NCBI GenBank assembly: GCA_963695095.1
Contig: CAVOFT010000001.1
Location: forward strand, 224,001-288,000
Direction of reading: 5' to 3'
Origin: an uncultured bacterium
GTDB lineage: Bacteria; Krumholzibacteriota; Krumholzibacteriia; JACNKJ01
Length of the DNA stretch: 64,000 bases
The notes under the pieces were generated by a model. It saw only the letters and a list, made by a program, of their open reading frames with translations. It searched no databases and was not told the origin of the DNA. How positions within the stretch are numbered: the stretch's first letter is position 1; the number at the start of each line of letters is the position of its first letter. Below are positions 50,518 through 61,700 of the stretch, one piece after another. Made by a program: the position numbers and the translations under genes.

Positions 50518-51808
50518 TGCGCCGCGGGCGGGCCCTCGCGCTGCTCTGCCTGCTGGCCGTCGGCCTGGCGGACTGCGGGCGGGGCCGCGATGAGGTCGTC
50601 CTCAACTTCTGGGCCATGGGTCGGGAAGGCGAGGTGCTCAGCGAACTCGTGCCCGACTTCGAGCGCGAGCAGCCCGGGCCTCCGCGTCCAGGTCCAGCAG
50701 ATCCCCTGGTCCGCGGCCCACGAGAAGCTGCTCACCGCCCATGTCGGGCGCGCCACCCCCGATCTCGCGCAGCTCGGCAACACCTGGATCGCCGAGTTCC
50801 ACGCCCTCGACGCGCTCGGCCGCCGGTGCCTGCGGATCGCCGAGGCCTTCGCGGCGGCCGGCTACTTCCCCGGCATCTGGGCGACGAACACGATCGCGGG
50901 CCGGCCCTACGGCGTGCCCTGGTACGTCGACACGCGGCTGCTCTTCTACCGCCGGGATCTGCTGGCGCAGGCCGGCTATCCGCAGATGCCCGGGGACTGG
51001 GAAGGCTGGCGGCAGGCCCTCGCGGCGATCACTGCCGGCGGCGGGGCGCGCTACGGCGTCCTGCTGCCGCTGAACGAGTGGGCGGTCCCCGCCGTGCTCG
51101 GGCTTGCAGGCGGGCTCGCCCTTGCTCGGGGAGCAGGGCTCGCGCGGCGCCTTCTCGGGCGCCGCCTTCCGGCGGGGCTTCGATTTCTACCTCGAGCTGT
51201 TCCGGGACGGGCTGGCCCCCCTCGCCGGCAGCCAGGAGATCGCCAACATCTACCAGGAGTTCGCGCGCGGCACCTTCGCGATGATCATCACCGGGCCCTG
51301 GAACCTCGGCGAGTTTCGCCGCCGCCTGCCGCCCGAGCTGCAGGACGCCTGGGCGACGGCGCCTCTGCCCGGACCCGAGGGGCCGGCCTCGGGGCTGTCC
51401 CTGGCCGGCGGCTCGAGCCTCGTGGTCTTCCGCGGCTCGCCCCATCAGGAGGCGGCCTGGCAGTTCGTCGAGTACCTCTCGCGGCCGGAAGTCCAGCAGC
51501 GCTTCTACCAGCTCACCGGGGATCTGCCCGCCCGCCGCGAGGCCTGGGCGGCGCCGGAGATCGCGGCCGACAGCAGCCTGGCCGCCTTCCGCGTCCAGCT
51601 CGAGCGCGTGGTCCCCACGCCCATGATCCCCGAGTGGGAGCAGATCGCCTCCCGCCTGCAGCAGCGCGCCGAGGCCGCCGTGCGCGGCACGCTCACGGCC
51701 GAGGCGGCGCTGGCCGCCCTCGATGCGGACGTGGACCGCCTGCTCGAGAAGCGGCGCTGGCTGATGGCGCGCGGGCTCACCCCCGAGGAGCGGGAGGCCG
51801 GGCCGTGA
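50517..51808 (+). CDS. Sugar ABC transporter substrate-binding lipoprotein; frameshifted
   Basis: FWAMGREGE, QQIPWSAAHEKLLTA, VPWYVDTR, TGPWNLGEF, AGGSSL, IPEWEQI. Confidence 0.85.
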
Positions 51809-52698
51809 GCCGGCAGCCTGTTCGGGCGCCAGAAGAGCGCCGCCTGGATCTTCCTGGCGCCCGCGCTCATCCTGATCGCGGTCTTCTTCCTGCTGCCCAT
51901 CCTGGCCGGCCTGCTGCTCAGCTTCACCGACTTCGACATCTACTCCATCGGCGCGCCGCGGACGGCGCGCTTCGTCGGGCTGGGCAACTACCGGGCGCTG
52001 CTCGGCGGCGGCGAGTTCTGGCAGGCCCTGCGCAACACGCTCTACTTCGTGCTGGTCGGCGGGCCGCTGTCGGTGGCCGTCTCCCTGGGCGCGGCCCTCA
52101 TGCTCAGCGCGCCGCGCCTGCGCCTGCGCAGCCTGTTCCGCACCATCTACTTCGCGCCGGTGGTGACGACGCTGGTGGCCGTGGCCATCGTCTGGCGCTA
52201 TCTCTACCACCCGCACTACGGCCTGCTCAACTACCTGCTCGGCGGGCTGGGCCTGGGCGCCGATCGACTGGCTCGGCGATCCGCACTGGGCCATGCCCGC
52301 CATCATCCTGCTCGCGGTGTGGAAGAACTTCGGCTACAACATGCTCATCTTCGTGGCCGGCCTGCAGAGCATTCCCGAGGAGCTCTACGAGGCGGCCGCC
52401 GTCGACGGCGCCGGCGCCTGGCAGCGCTTTCGCGCACGTCACCCTGCCGGGGCTCGGCCCGGTCTTCCTCTTCGTGGCCGTGACGACGATGATCGGCTAC
52501 TTCCAGCTCTTCGCCGAGCCCTACGTGATGACGCAGGGCGGCCCGCTCGGCGCCACGCGCAGCCTCGTGCTCTTCATGTACGAGGAGGGCTTCCGCTGGT
52601 GGCGGCTGGGCACCGCCGCGGCGATCGCCGTCCTGCTGCTGCTGATCACCCTGGCGGCCACCCTGATCCAGCTTCGCCTGCAGCGAGGGCAGCGATGA
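51805..52698 (+). CDS. Carbohydrate ABC transporter permease; frameshifted
   Basis: FLAPAL, FVGLGNY, WKNFGYNM..AGLQSIPEELYEAA.VDGA, PYVMTQGGP. Confidence 0.85.
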   Translation: MSRQPVRAPEERRLDLPGARAHPDRGLLPAAHPGRPAAQLHRLRHLLHRRAADGALRRAGQLPGAARRRRVLAGPAQHALLRAGRRAAVGGRLPGRGPHAQRAAPAPAQPVPHHLLRAGGDDAGGRGHRLALSLPPALRPAQLPARRAGPGRRSTGSAIRTGPCPPSSCSRCGRTSATTCSSSWPACRAFPRSSTRRPPSTAPAPGSAFAHVTLPGLGPVFLFVAVTTMIGYFQLFAEPYVMTQGGPLGATRSLVLFMYEEGFRWWRLGTAAAIAVLLLLITLAATLIQLRLQRGQR

Positions 52699-53519
52699 AC
52701 GGGCGGCGCGCGCGCACGCTCTTCCTCCACCTGGCGATGGCGCTGGGCGCGCTGCTCACGCTCACCCCGCTCTTGTGGATGGTCTCCGCCTCCTTCATGC
52801 CCGACGGCGAGGCCAACAGCTTCCCGCCGCGGCTCCTGCCCAGCGACCCGACGCTCGACCACTACCGCGACCTCTTCACCCGCCTCGATCTCGCGCGCAA
52901 CTTCCTCAACAGCGCGGCGATCACGGTGCTGGCCACGGTGCTCTCGGTGCTCGTCAACTCGCTGGCCGGCTACGGCTTCGCCAAGCTGCCCCTTCCCGGC
53001 CGCGAGCCGCTCTTCCGCGGCCTGAGCGTGGCCCTGGTGATCCCCGCCCAGGTGGGCATGCTGCCGCTCTTCCTGCTGCTGCGGGAGCTGGGCCTGATCA
53101 ATACCTACGCCGGGGTGCTGGTGCCCTACGCGGCCAGCGTCTACGGCATCTTCCTGGTGCGGCAGTACGCGCTGGGCCTGCCGGACGCCCTGCTCGACGC
53201 CGCGCGCGTCGACGGCGCGGGCGAGCTGCGCATCTTCGCCACCGTCGCGCTGCCGGTGATCCGGCCCATCCTCGTCACGCTGGCGGCCTTCACCTTCCTC
53301 AGCGCCTGGAACGACTTCATGTGGCCGCTGATCATCCTCAGCGACAGCGCGCTCTACACCCTGCCCGTGGCGCTGGCCAGCCTCGTTGGCGAGCACGTGC
53401 AGGACACGGAGCTGATGATGGCCGGCTCGGTGATCACGACCCTGCCCGCCCTCCTGGTCTTCCTGCTCTTCCAGCGCACCTATGTTCGCGGCATCACCGC
53501 GGGCAGCATCAAGGAGTGA
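52695..53519 (+). CDS. Carbohydrate ABC transporter permease
   Basis: LAGYGFAK, LLDAARVDGA, WNDFMWPL, TAGSIKE. Confidence 0.92.
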   Translation: MNGRRARTLFLHLAMALGALLTLTPLLWMVSASFMPDGEANSFPPRLLPSDPTLDHYRDLFTRLDLARNFLNSAAITVLATVLSVLVNSLAGYGFAKLPLPGREPLFRGLSVALVIPAQVGMLPLFLLLRELGLINTYAGVLVPYAASVYGIFLVRQYALGLPDALLDAARVDGAGELRIFATVALPVIRPILVTLAAFTFLSAWNDFMWPLIILSDSALYTLPVALASLVGEHVQDTELMMAGSVITTLPALLVFLLFQRTYVRGITAGSIKE

Positions 53520-53524
53520 ACGCG

Positions 53525-56500
53525 ATGGGATTCCGGCGCGGCGTCCTTGCGGCTCTGCTGCTGCTGCCGGCGGTGTCGGCGGTGGCGAGCCAGGATTTCC
53601 GCCTGCGCATCGACGACTTCACCACGATCGACGCCTGGAGCGCCCACCCCGCCGATGGCGTGGCGCTCGCGCTCGCGGCGGACGCGGGCGCGCTGCGGAT
53701 GGACTTCGACATCCCCGGCGGCGGCTGGGCCATCGCGCGGCGCGAACTGAAGCTGCCCCTGCCCGACGACTACGTCTTCAGCTTTCGCATCCGCGGCGAC
53801 GCGCGGCCCAACCACCTGGAGTTCAAGCTCGTCGACGCGAGCGGCGAGAACGTCTGGTGGCACGTGAAGCGCGATCTCGTCTTCACGGCGGACTGGCAGA
53901 CGGTGCGCATCAAGAAGCGGCAGCTCGGCTTCGCCTGGGGGCCGCAGGGCGGGGGAGAGATCCAGCAGGTAGCGGCCATCGAGTTCGCCATCACCGCGGG
54001 TCAGGGCGGCGCCGGCAGCGTCTGGATCGACGATCTTGCGCTCGAGACCATTCTGCCCGGGCGCGGACCGGCGCCGCCGACCGTCGCGAGCGCATCCTCG
54101 GGCGAAGCGCCGGCGCGAGTGCTGGACGGCGATCCGGCCACGGCCTGGACGCCCGCGCCCGCGGATAGCGCAGCCTGGCTGCGCGTGGACCTCGGCCGCA
54201 TCGCCGAGTTCAGCGGCCTCGCGCTGGACTGGCTCCCCGACCAGGCGCCCGCGGACTACCAGCTGGAGGCGAGCCTGGACGGCGAGCGCTGGGATTCGCT
54301 CGCCGCCTCCCGCGCGCGCCAGGGCCGCCGCGACCTGCTCTTTGCGCCCGAGGCCGAGGCCCGCTACCTGCGCCTGCGCGCCGCCGGCGATCCGCCTGCG
54401 ACGGGCCGACGCCCGCCCTCGCCGAGCTCGCCCTGCAACCCCTGAGCTGGGCGAGCACGCGCAATGACGTCGTCCGTGCACTGGCTGCCGCGGCTCCCCG
54501 CGGCAGCTATCCGCGCGGCATGCGCGGCGAGCAGTCCTTCTGGACCGTCGTCGGCGCCGACGCCGATCCGCGCGAGTGCCTCATCAGCGAGGACGGCGCC
54601 GTGGAGATCGTGCCCGGCGGCGTCTCGCTCGAGCCCTTCCTCTGGACGGGCGAGCGCCTGCTCACCTGGGCCGATGTGAGGCTCGAGCAAAGCCTTGCCG
54701 AGGGCGGGCTGCCCATCCCCAGCGTGACCTGGACCGCCGCCGACCCGGCCCTCGAACTGGCGATCACCGCCTTCGCCGTGGGTGAGCCGCGCGCCTCGGG
54801 AGTCCTTGTCCGCTATCGGATCACGAACCGCAGCGATCGCCCCCGCGCGCCGACGCTCTTCCTCGCCCTGCGCTCTTTCCAGGTGAATCCGCCCACGCAG
54901 TTCCTCAACCGCCCGGGCGGTTTCGCGCCGCTCACGCGGCTGGCGCTGGTGGGAACGCGTGTGCTCATCGAGGATGAGCTGCGCGTGCTCCTCCTGATCC
55001 CGCCGACCGAAGTGGGCGCCCTCGCGAGCGCGCAGGGCGCGCTGGTGGAGGACTACCTGCGCCAGGGTCGCCTGCCGGGGGCGAACGCCGTCGAGGACCC
55101 GAGCGCTGCTGCGGCGGGGGCGCTGGCCTACGCGATGCAGCTCGCGCCGGGCGCGGCGGCCGAGTTCGTGCTGGCCCTGCCCCTCCACGCGGGCATGCCC
55201 CTGCCGCCGCCGGGGACGGATCCTTTGGCCTGGGCGGCGGGCGCCGAGGACGAGGCCCGCGCGCGCTGGCGCGCCCGCCTCGCCGCGCCGGCGCTCGACC
55301 TGCCGCCCACGGCAGCGCGAGTGGTCGAGACCTTCCGCGCGCAGCTCGGCTACATCCTCGTCAATCGGGCGGGCCCTGCGATCCAGCCGGGCGCCCGGGC
55401 CTACGCGCGATCCTGGATTCGCGACGGCGCGCTCACCGCCTCGGCCCTGCTGCGAGTCGGGTTGCCTGATGTCGCCCGGGACTTCTGCGACTGGTACGCG
55501 CCCTACCAGTACGCCAACGGCAAGATCCCCTGCGTGGTGGACCGGCGCGGCGCCGATCCCGTGCCCGAGCACGACAGCAGCGGCGAGTTCATCTTTCTCG
55601 TCGCGGAGTGCCTGCGCTACGGCGCCGACGAGGCCTTCGCGCAGCGGCACTGGCCCCGCGTGGCGGCGGCGGCCGCCTACCTGGATTCCCTCCGTCACGA
55701 GCGCCTGGGCGACTACTGGCTGGCCCCGGAGCGACGGGAGTTCCACGGCCTGCTGCCGCCCTCGATCAGCCACGAGGGCTACTCGGCCAAGCCCATGCAT
55801 TCCTACTGGGACGATCTCTGGGCCCTGCGCGGCTTCCGCGATGCCGCCTGGCTCGCCGAGCGGCTCGGCGAGGCGGAGTCAGCGCGCCGCTGGCGGCAGG
55901 TCGCCGCCGAGTTCGCCGCCGACCTGCATGCATCGGTGCTGGCGGTGCAGGCGCGTCACGGCATCGACTACGTGCCCGGCTGCGCCGATCTCGGCGACTT
56001 CGACGCCACCTCCACCACCATCGCGCTGACGCCCGTGCAGGCCGGCGAGGCGCTGCCGGCGCCGGCCCTCACGCGCACCTTCGAGCGCTTCCTGAGCTTC
56101 TTCCGCGATCGACGCGAGGGCCGCGCCGACTGGGAGGCCTACACGCCCTACGAGCTGCGCAACGTGGGCGCCTGCGTGCAGCTCGGCTGGCGCGAGGACG
56201 CCCACGAACTGCTGGACTACTACTTCGCCGACCAGCGGCCGGCGGGCTGGCGGCACTGGGCCGAAGTGGTCGCCCGCGAGGCGCGCTTGCCGCGCTTCCT
56301 CGGCGACATGCCCCACACCTGGGTGGGCTCGGACTTCCTGCGCAGCGTGCTGGACATGCTGCTCTACTACGACGAGGGCCGCGAGGCCCTGGTCATCGGT
56401 GCCGGCGTGCCTGCAACCTGGCTGGCCGAGGGCCCCGTCGGTGCCGGGCCCCTGCCCGTGCCCGGTGGCGGCGCGCTGAGCTTCCGCATGGAGGCGCAGG

Positions 56501-56679
56501 GCGGCGATCTGACGATCGCGGTTGCGGGCGACTGCCGGGTCCCGCCCGGTGGGATCCTGCTCTCGCCACCCGCCGCGGGCGAGTATCGCGAGGCCAGCGC
56601 CGACGGGGTCGCGCTCGAGCGCCTGCCGGGCGGCGAGATCATCCTGCGCGCGCTGCCGGCGCGGCTGCGCCTGCGCTAG
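53525..56679 (+). CDS. Discoidin (F5/8C) domain protein with C-terminal six-hairpin glycosidase-like domain; frameshift(s) near 54400
   Basis: Signal peptide, CBM-like N-terminus, VLDGDPATAW...ARYLRL, YARSWIRDG, SISHEGYSAKP.HSYWDD, GDMPHTWV. Confidence 0.8.
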
Positions 56680-57416
56680 CGCGGCTCCGCGGCGGCGGCG
56701 GGGACTTCCCACTCCAGCTCGGCGGCGAGCAGCGGCGGCCGCAGGATGGCCGTCCACAGGTCATAGCCGGCGGCATTCAGATGCAGGCGATCGGGAAGGT
56801 AGAGCTCGGCCCGCGGCTCGCCCCGGGCGTCGAGCATGGGGCCGGCCACGTCGATGAAGCTGAGCAGGGAGTCCGCGGCGCAGGCCGCCGCCACCAGCGC
56901 GTTCGCCCGCTGCATCGCCGGCCAGTGTTGCCAGCGGGCCGGGCTCGGCTTGATGGCGAGCGCGTAGACGCGCAGCCCGGGCAGCTCCGCCCGCAGCGTG
57001 TCCACGAGCGCGCGGAAGCTTGCCGCCACGGCTTCGGGCTCGGCGCCGAAGTCGATGTCGTTGTCCCCCTCGTAGAGCAGCAGCGCGCGCGGCCGGTAGG
57101 GCAGGATGAGGCGGTAGGCGTAGGCGAGCGCGTCGAGGTAGGTGCTGCCGCCGAAGCCGCGCGGCAGCAGGGTGAGCGGCGCGAGATCCGTGCGCATACG
57201 CTCATGCCAGAGGCGCAGGCTCGAGCTGCCCACGCAGACGATGGCGCCCGGCGCCGGCGGCGCCAGGCTGTCCGCATGCAGGAAGGCGGCGATCTCGCCC
57301 GCGAGGCGGGCGGGGTCGGGCAGGGTTTCGATCTCACTGGCGCGGGCGGCCGCCGCGCTGCCGGCGGTGAGAGCGACGGCGAGCAACCAGGTCGCGCGTA
57401 TCAAGGCGCCGCGCAT
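56676..57416 (-). CDS. GDSL/SGNH family esterase
   Basis: VGSSS, RGFGGS, YEGDND, DRLHLN. Confidence 0.9.
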   Translation of the reverse strand: MRGALIRATWLLAVALTAGSAAAARASEIETLPDPARLAGEIAAFLHADSLAPPAPGAIVCVGSSSLRLWHERMRTDLAPLTLLPRGFGGSTYLDALAYAYRLILPYRPRALLLYEGDNDIDFGAEPEAVAASFRALVDTLRAELPGLRVYALAIKPSPARWQHWPAMQRANALVAAACAADSLLSFIDVAGPMLDARGEPRAELYLPDRLHLNAAGYDLWTAILRPPLLAAELEWEVPAAAAEPR

Positions 57417-57423
57417 GCTCTGC

Positions 57424-58782
57424 TCACCCCTTTTCCATCCGGCCGCCGGCGCGGATGATCTCCGCGTAGAGGCGGCCGCTGTCCTTGATCCGGCGCTGCC
57501 GGCTCACCGGATCCACGCCGACGATGCCGAAGCGCTTGCTCAGGCCCTCGGCCCACTCGAGGTTGTCCAGCAGGGACCAGGCGAAGTAGCCGCGCAGGTC
57601 CACGCCGCGCGCCAGGGCCGCCTGCGCCTCGCGCAGATGTGCCTGCAGGTAGGCGCCGCGCAGGGGATCGGCGATGCGGCCGTCGGCCGCCGGCGGGGGA
57701 TCGGCGAAGGCGGCGCCGTTCTCGGTGACGTAGATGGGCAGCGGCCGCGCCGCCTGCCAGACCCGATCGAGCACCTCGCCGAGGCCGGCGGGATAGACCT
57801 CCCAGTCGGTCTCGGTGTGCAGGGCGGCCGACTGGCGGACGCTGGCCGCGGCGAGGAAGCCGGCCTGCGCATCGTGACGCACCACGCTGCGCGTGTAGTA
57901 GTTGACGCCGATCCAGTCCAGCGGCTGCTGGATGCGTTCGAGATCGGCGGCCGGGATCGCGGGCCAGTCGGCGCCGAAGCGCTCGGCGAGCAGCGCCGGA
58001 TAGGCGCCCGTCATCAGGGCGTCGAGGAAGAAGCCGTTCATGTAGGCGTCGGCGCGGCGGACGGCGGCCCGGTCGGCGGCGCTCTCGCTCGCCGCGTGCT
58101 TGGGCTCCAGGTTGAGGACGATGCCGAGCTCGCCGGCGCCGGCGGCGCGCAGGGCGGCCAGGCCGGCGGCATGCGCGCGCAGCAGGTTGTGCGCGACCCG
58201 CGCGGCCTCGGCGAGGCTGCGATGCCCAGGCGCGTGGCAGCCGTGGACATAGCCGGCGTCCATGACGACCCAGGGCTCGTTGAGGGTGGCCCACATCGCC
58301 ACCCGGTCGCCGAGCGCGGCGTGGACGATCGCCGCGTAGTCGGCGAACCAGCCCGCGCAATCGGGGTTCAGCCAGCCGCCGCGATCCTCGAGAGCGGCGG
58401 GCAGATCCCAGTGGTAGAGCGTGAGGCAGGGGCGGATGCCCGCGGCCAGCAGACCGTCGACGAGGCGGCGGTAGAAGTCCAGGCCGGCCCGGTTGACCTC
58501 GCCCGTGCCGGCGGGCAGCACCCGCGCCCAGGACAGGCTGAAGCGATAGGCGTTCAGGCCGAGGGTCTGCATCAGCTGCAGGTCCTCGGGCCAGCGGCGA
58601 TAGTGGTCGCTGGCGATGGCCACCGCTTCCGGGTCGCGCACGCGCCCGGGCTCGCGGGCGAAGCGATGCCAGATGCTCTCGCCGCCGCCGTCGGCCAGCG
58701 GCGAGCCCTCGATCTGGTAGGCGCTGGTCGCGGCGCCCCAGAGGAAGCCGGGGGGGAAGGCGCGGCTGGGCTCGTCCGTCAT
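57424..58782 (-). CDS. GH1 beta-glucosidase
   Basis: FLWGAATSAYQIEG, TLNEP (acid/base), VTENG (nucleophile), WSLLDNLEW. Confidence 0.95.
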   Translation of the reverse strand: MTDEPSRAFPPGFLWGAATSAYQIEGSPLADGGGESIWHRFAREPGRVRDPEAVAIASDHYRRWPEDLQLMQTLGLNAYRFSLSWARVLPAGTGEVNRAGLDFYRRLVDGLLAAGIRPCLTLYHWDLPAALEDRGGWLNPDCAGWFADYAAIVHAALGDRVAMWATLNEPWVVMDAGYVHGCHAPGHRSLAEAARVAHNLLRAHAAGLAALRAAGAGELGIVLNLEPKHAASESAADRAAVRRADAYMNGFFLDALMTGAYPALLAERFGADWPAIPAADLERIQQPLDWIGVNYYTRSVVRHDAQAGFLAAASVRQSAALHTETDWEVYPAGLGEVLDRVWQAARPLPIYVTENGAAFADPPPAADGRIADPLRGAYLQAHLREAQAALARGVDLRGYFAWSLLDNLEWAEGLSKRFGIVGVDPVSRQRRIKDSGRLYAEIIRAGGRMEKG

Positions 58783-61700
58783 TGCGCAGCTCCCGCGTCG
58801 GGACCCAGGGTGACGGCCACACGGTGTTCACGGCCGTCGCGCAGGAGGGGAAGGCGGCACTGCCCGCGCTCGACGGGCAGGCTCTGGCCGTCGACGGCGC
58901 AGGCGACCACGGCCTCGGCGCAGCCCTGGGGATTGCCGACCGCGATGTGATAGAGGGTGCCCGCGACCTCCCCCGGCGGCCGATAGCGGATCTCGAAGCC
59001 CGGCCAGTCGTCGGGAATGGCCGGCGCGAGGCGCAGCCACAGGCCGCCCTCGAGGCGCAGGCCCAGCAGCGACTCCAGGGCGACGCGCAGCATCCAGCCC
59101 GAGGAGCCCGTGTACCAGGTCCAGCCGCCGCGGCCCACGTGGGGCGCCACGCCGTAGATGTCGGCGGCCATCACGTAGGGCTCCACCTGGTAGCGCGCCA
59201 CGTCCGCCGGCGTGGCGCTGCGATTGATGGGATTGAGGAGCGCCAGCAGGGGAGCGACGCGATCGCGCCGGCCCAGCATGGCGAAGGCGCGCACGAGCCA
59301 GAGGGCGGCATGGGTGTACTGGCCGCCGTTCTCGCGCACGCCGGGCAGGTAGCCCTTGATGTAGCCCGGGTCCTGCGCCGTGCGGTCGAAGGGCGGCGCG
59401 AGCAGGCGGATCAGGCCCTCGGGCTCGGAGACGAGCTGCTCCTCGGCGGCGGCCATGGCGCGCCGCGCCCGCTCGGGCGGGGCCGCGCCGGAGAGCACGG
59501 ACCAGGCCTGCACGAGCGCGTCGATGCGGCACTCGTCGCTCTCGCGCGAGCCGAGGGGCGCGCCGCTGTCATAGTAGCCGCGGCGATACCAGTCGCCGTC
59601 CCAGCCGGCCGCCTCCAGGGCGAGGAGCAGCGCGTCGCGGTGCTGCGCATAGCGAAGGCGGCGCTCCTCGTCGGCCCGGGCGGCGACGAGGGGCAGGAAG
59701 GCGTCGATCACCGTGACCAGGAAGAAGCCCATCCAGACGCTCTCGCCGCGACCCTCGCGGCCGACCCGGTTCATGCCGTCGTTCCAGTCCCCGCCGCCGA
59801 AGAGCGGCAGGCCGTGCGCGCCGCTCGTCAGGGAGCGGTCGAGGGCGCGGCAGCAGTGCTCGTAGAGGCTGGCCGGCCGGCCGGCCGGAACGAGGGGGAG
59901 CAGGGCCTCGTCTTCGCCCGGCGCCAGGGGCCGCGCGCGCAGGAAGTCGATCGACTCGCCGAGCAGGCCCGCGTCCCCCGTGGCGGCCAGGTACTCGGCG
60001 GCCAGCAGGGGCAGCCAGAGCAGGTCGTCGGCGAAGCGCGTGCGCAGACCCAGCTCGAGCAGGGGATGCCACCAGTGCATCACGTCGCCCGCCTCCAGCT
60101 GATGGGCGGCGTGAAGCAGGATCTGGCGCCGGGTCAGCTCGGGCTCGTGCAGCAGCAGGGCCCCGGCATCCTGGAGCTGATCGCGAAAGCCGAAGGCGCC
60201 GCCGGATTGATAGCCGGCGCTGCGGCCCAGGATGCGACAGCTGAGGGTCTGGTAGGGCAGCCAGGCATTGACCAGCAGGTCCAGCTCCGGCGCCGGCGTG
60301 CTCACCTGCAGGCGATCGCAGAGGCCGCGCCAGCTGGCGTTGACTGCGCTGAAGGCGCGGCGCCAGGCCGCGGGCTCTTCATGGCGACGGCAGATGTCGA
60401 GGATCTCGTCTTCGCTGTCGGCCTCGCCGAAGAGGAAGCAGAGCTCCGTGCTCGCGCCGGGCTCCAGCTCGAGCTGCAGCCGCTGGGTGAAGCAGGGATC
60501 GCCCGCGGCGCTCGCCTCCAGGCGGCCGCTCCGCAGCGCGGCCGGCGAGGCGAGGTCCAGCCCGTCGCCGAGAAAGGCCGCGCGGTCGCCGCCCGCCTGC
60601 GCCTCGCCCGCGGCACCCGGCGTCCGCAGGGCGGCGAAGGCGATCGGCGAGGCGAGGCCGCGGCGCCGCGCCCGCAGGTCGCCCGCTCGCTCCCCCGCGC
60701 TCACGAGGAGATGGCGCCGGCTCTCGCCGACCGGGGCGCCCAGACTGAGCAGCGTGTGCGCCCAGAGGGACAGGCGCCGGCGGCCGCTGCCCAGGTTGCG
60801 CAGGCGGATGTGCGTCAGGCGCAGGGGGTCGCTCTGGGCGGCGAAGAGGAGGGTGGCCTGCTCGAGCCCGCCATGGACCAGCAGGCAGCGGCTGTAGCCG
60901 ATGCCGTGGCGCAGCTCGTAGTCCGCGGCCGCGGGCGCCGGGCCCGGCAGCAGGGACCAGAAGTCGCCGCTGTCCTCGTCGCGCAGATAGAAGGCCTCGC
61001 TGTGGGGATCGAGAAGGGGATCGTTGGCCCAGGGGCTGAGGCGATGCTCGCGGCTGTTGCCCCGCCAGGTCGAGCCGGCCCCCGTCTCGCTGATCAGGAA
61101 GCCGAAGCTCTCGTTGGCGATCACGTTGATCCAGGGCCGCGGCGGCAGCCGGAGGCCGCCCGGCCGCTGGGGCAGGCGGAGGACGTACTCCCGCCCATCC
61201 TCGCTGAAGCCGCCGTAGCCGTTGAAGCAGCGCAGGTCTGCCGATTCCGGCGGGTCGGCCATGGCGCTCTGCGCACTCTCGTCCACGGGGCCCGCTGCCG
61301 CTGCGGGCCATGGCGCTGCCTGGCCGTGCACTGGACTCAGGACGGGCAGGCGATCCCGGGGCGCGCAGCAGGCGGCGGCTTCCAGCGCCTGCAGTTCCGC
61401 CGCGCTCCACTCGGCCGCCGCCAGGCGCCGGCGGCCATCGATCGCGCTGCCTGGCCGCGCGTCCCGGCCGTCCCCGCCCTCCTCGCCGACGGTGAAGAGA
61501 TCGAGGGGCAGAGCAAGTGCGTGCCAGTAGAGCTGCCCACGGCCGAGGAGCTCGAGATCCGCAGCCGCCAGCCGGCGCTCGTCGGCGAGCAGGAAGGCGC
61601 GGTCGGGGCCGAGGCCCAGGCGCTCCTGGAGGAGGGCGCGGGGCATTGGCGCCACGGACTGGGCGGCCGCCGGCCAGAGCGCCGGGTGGTCGAGCATCAG

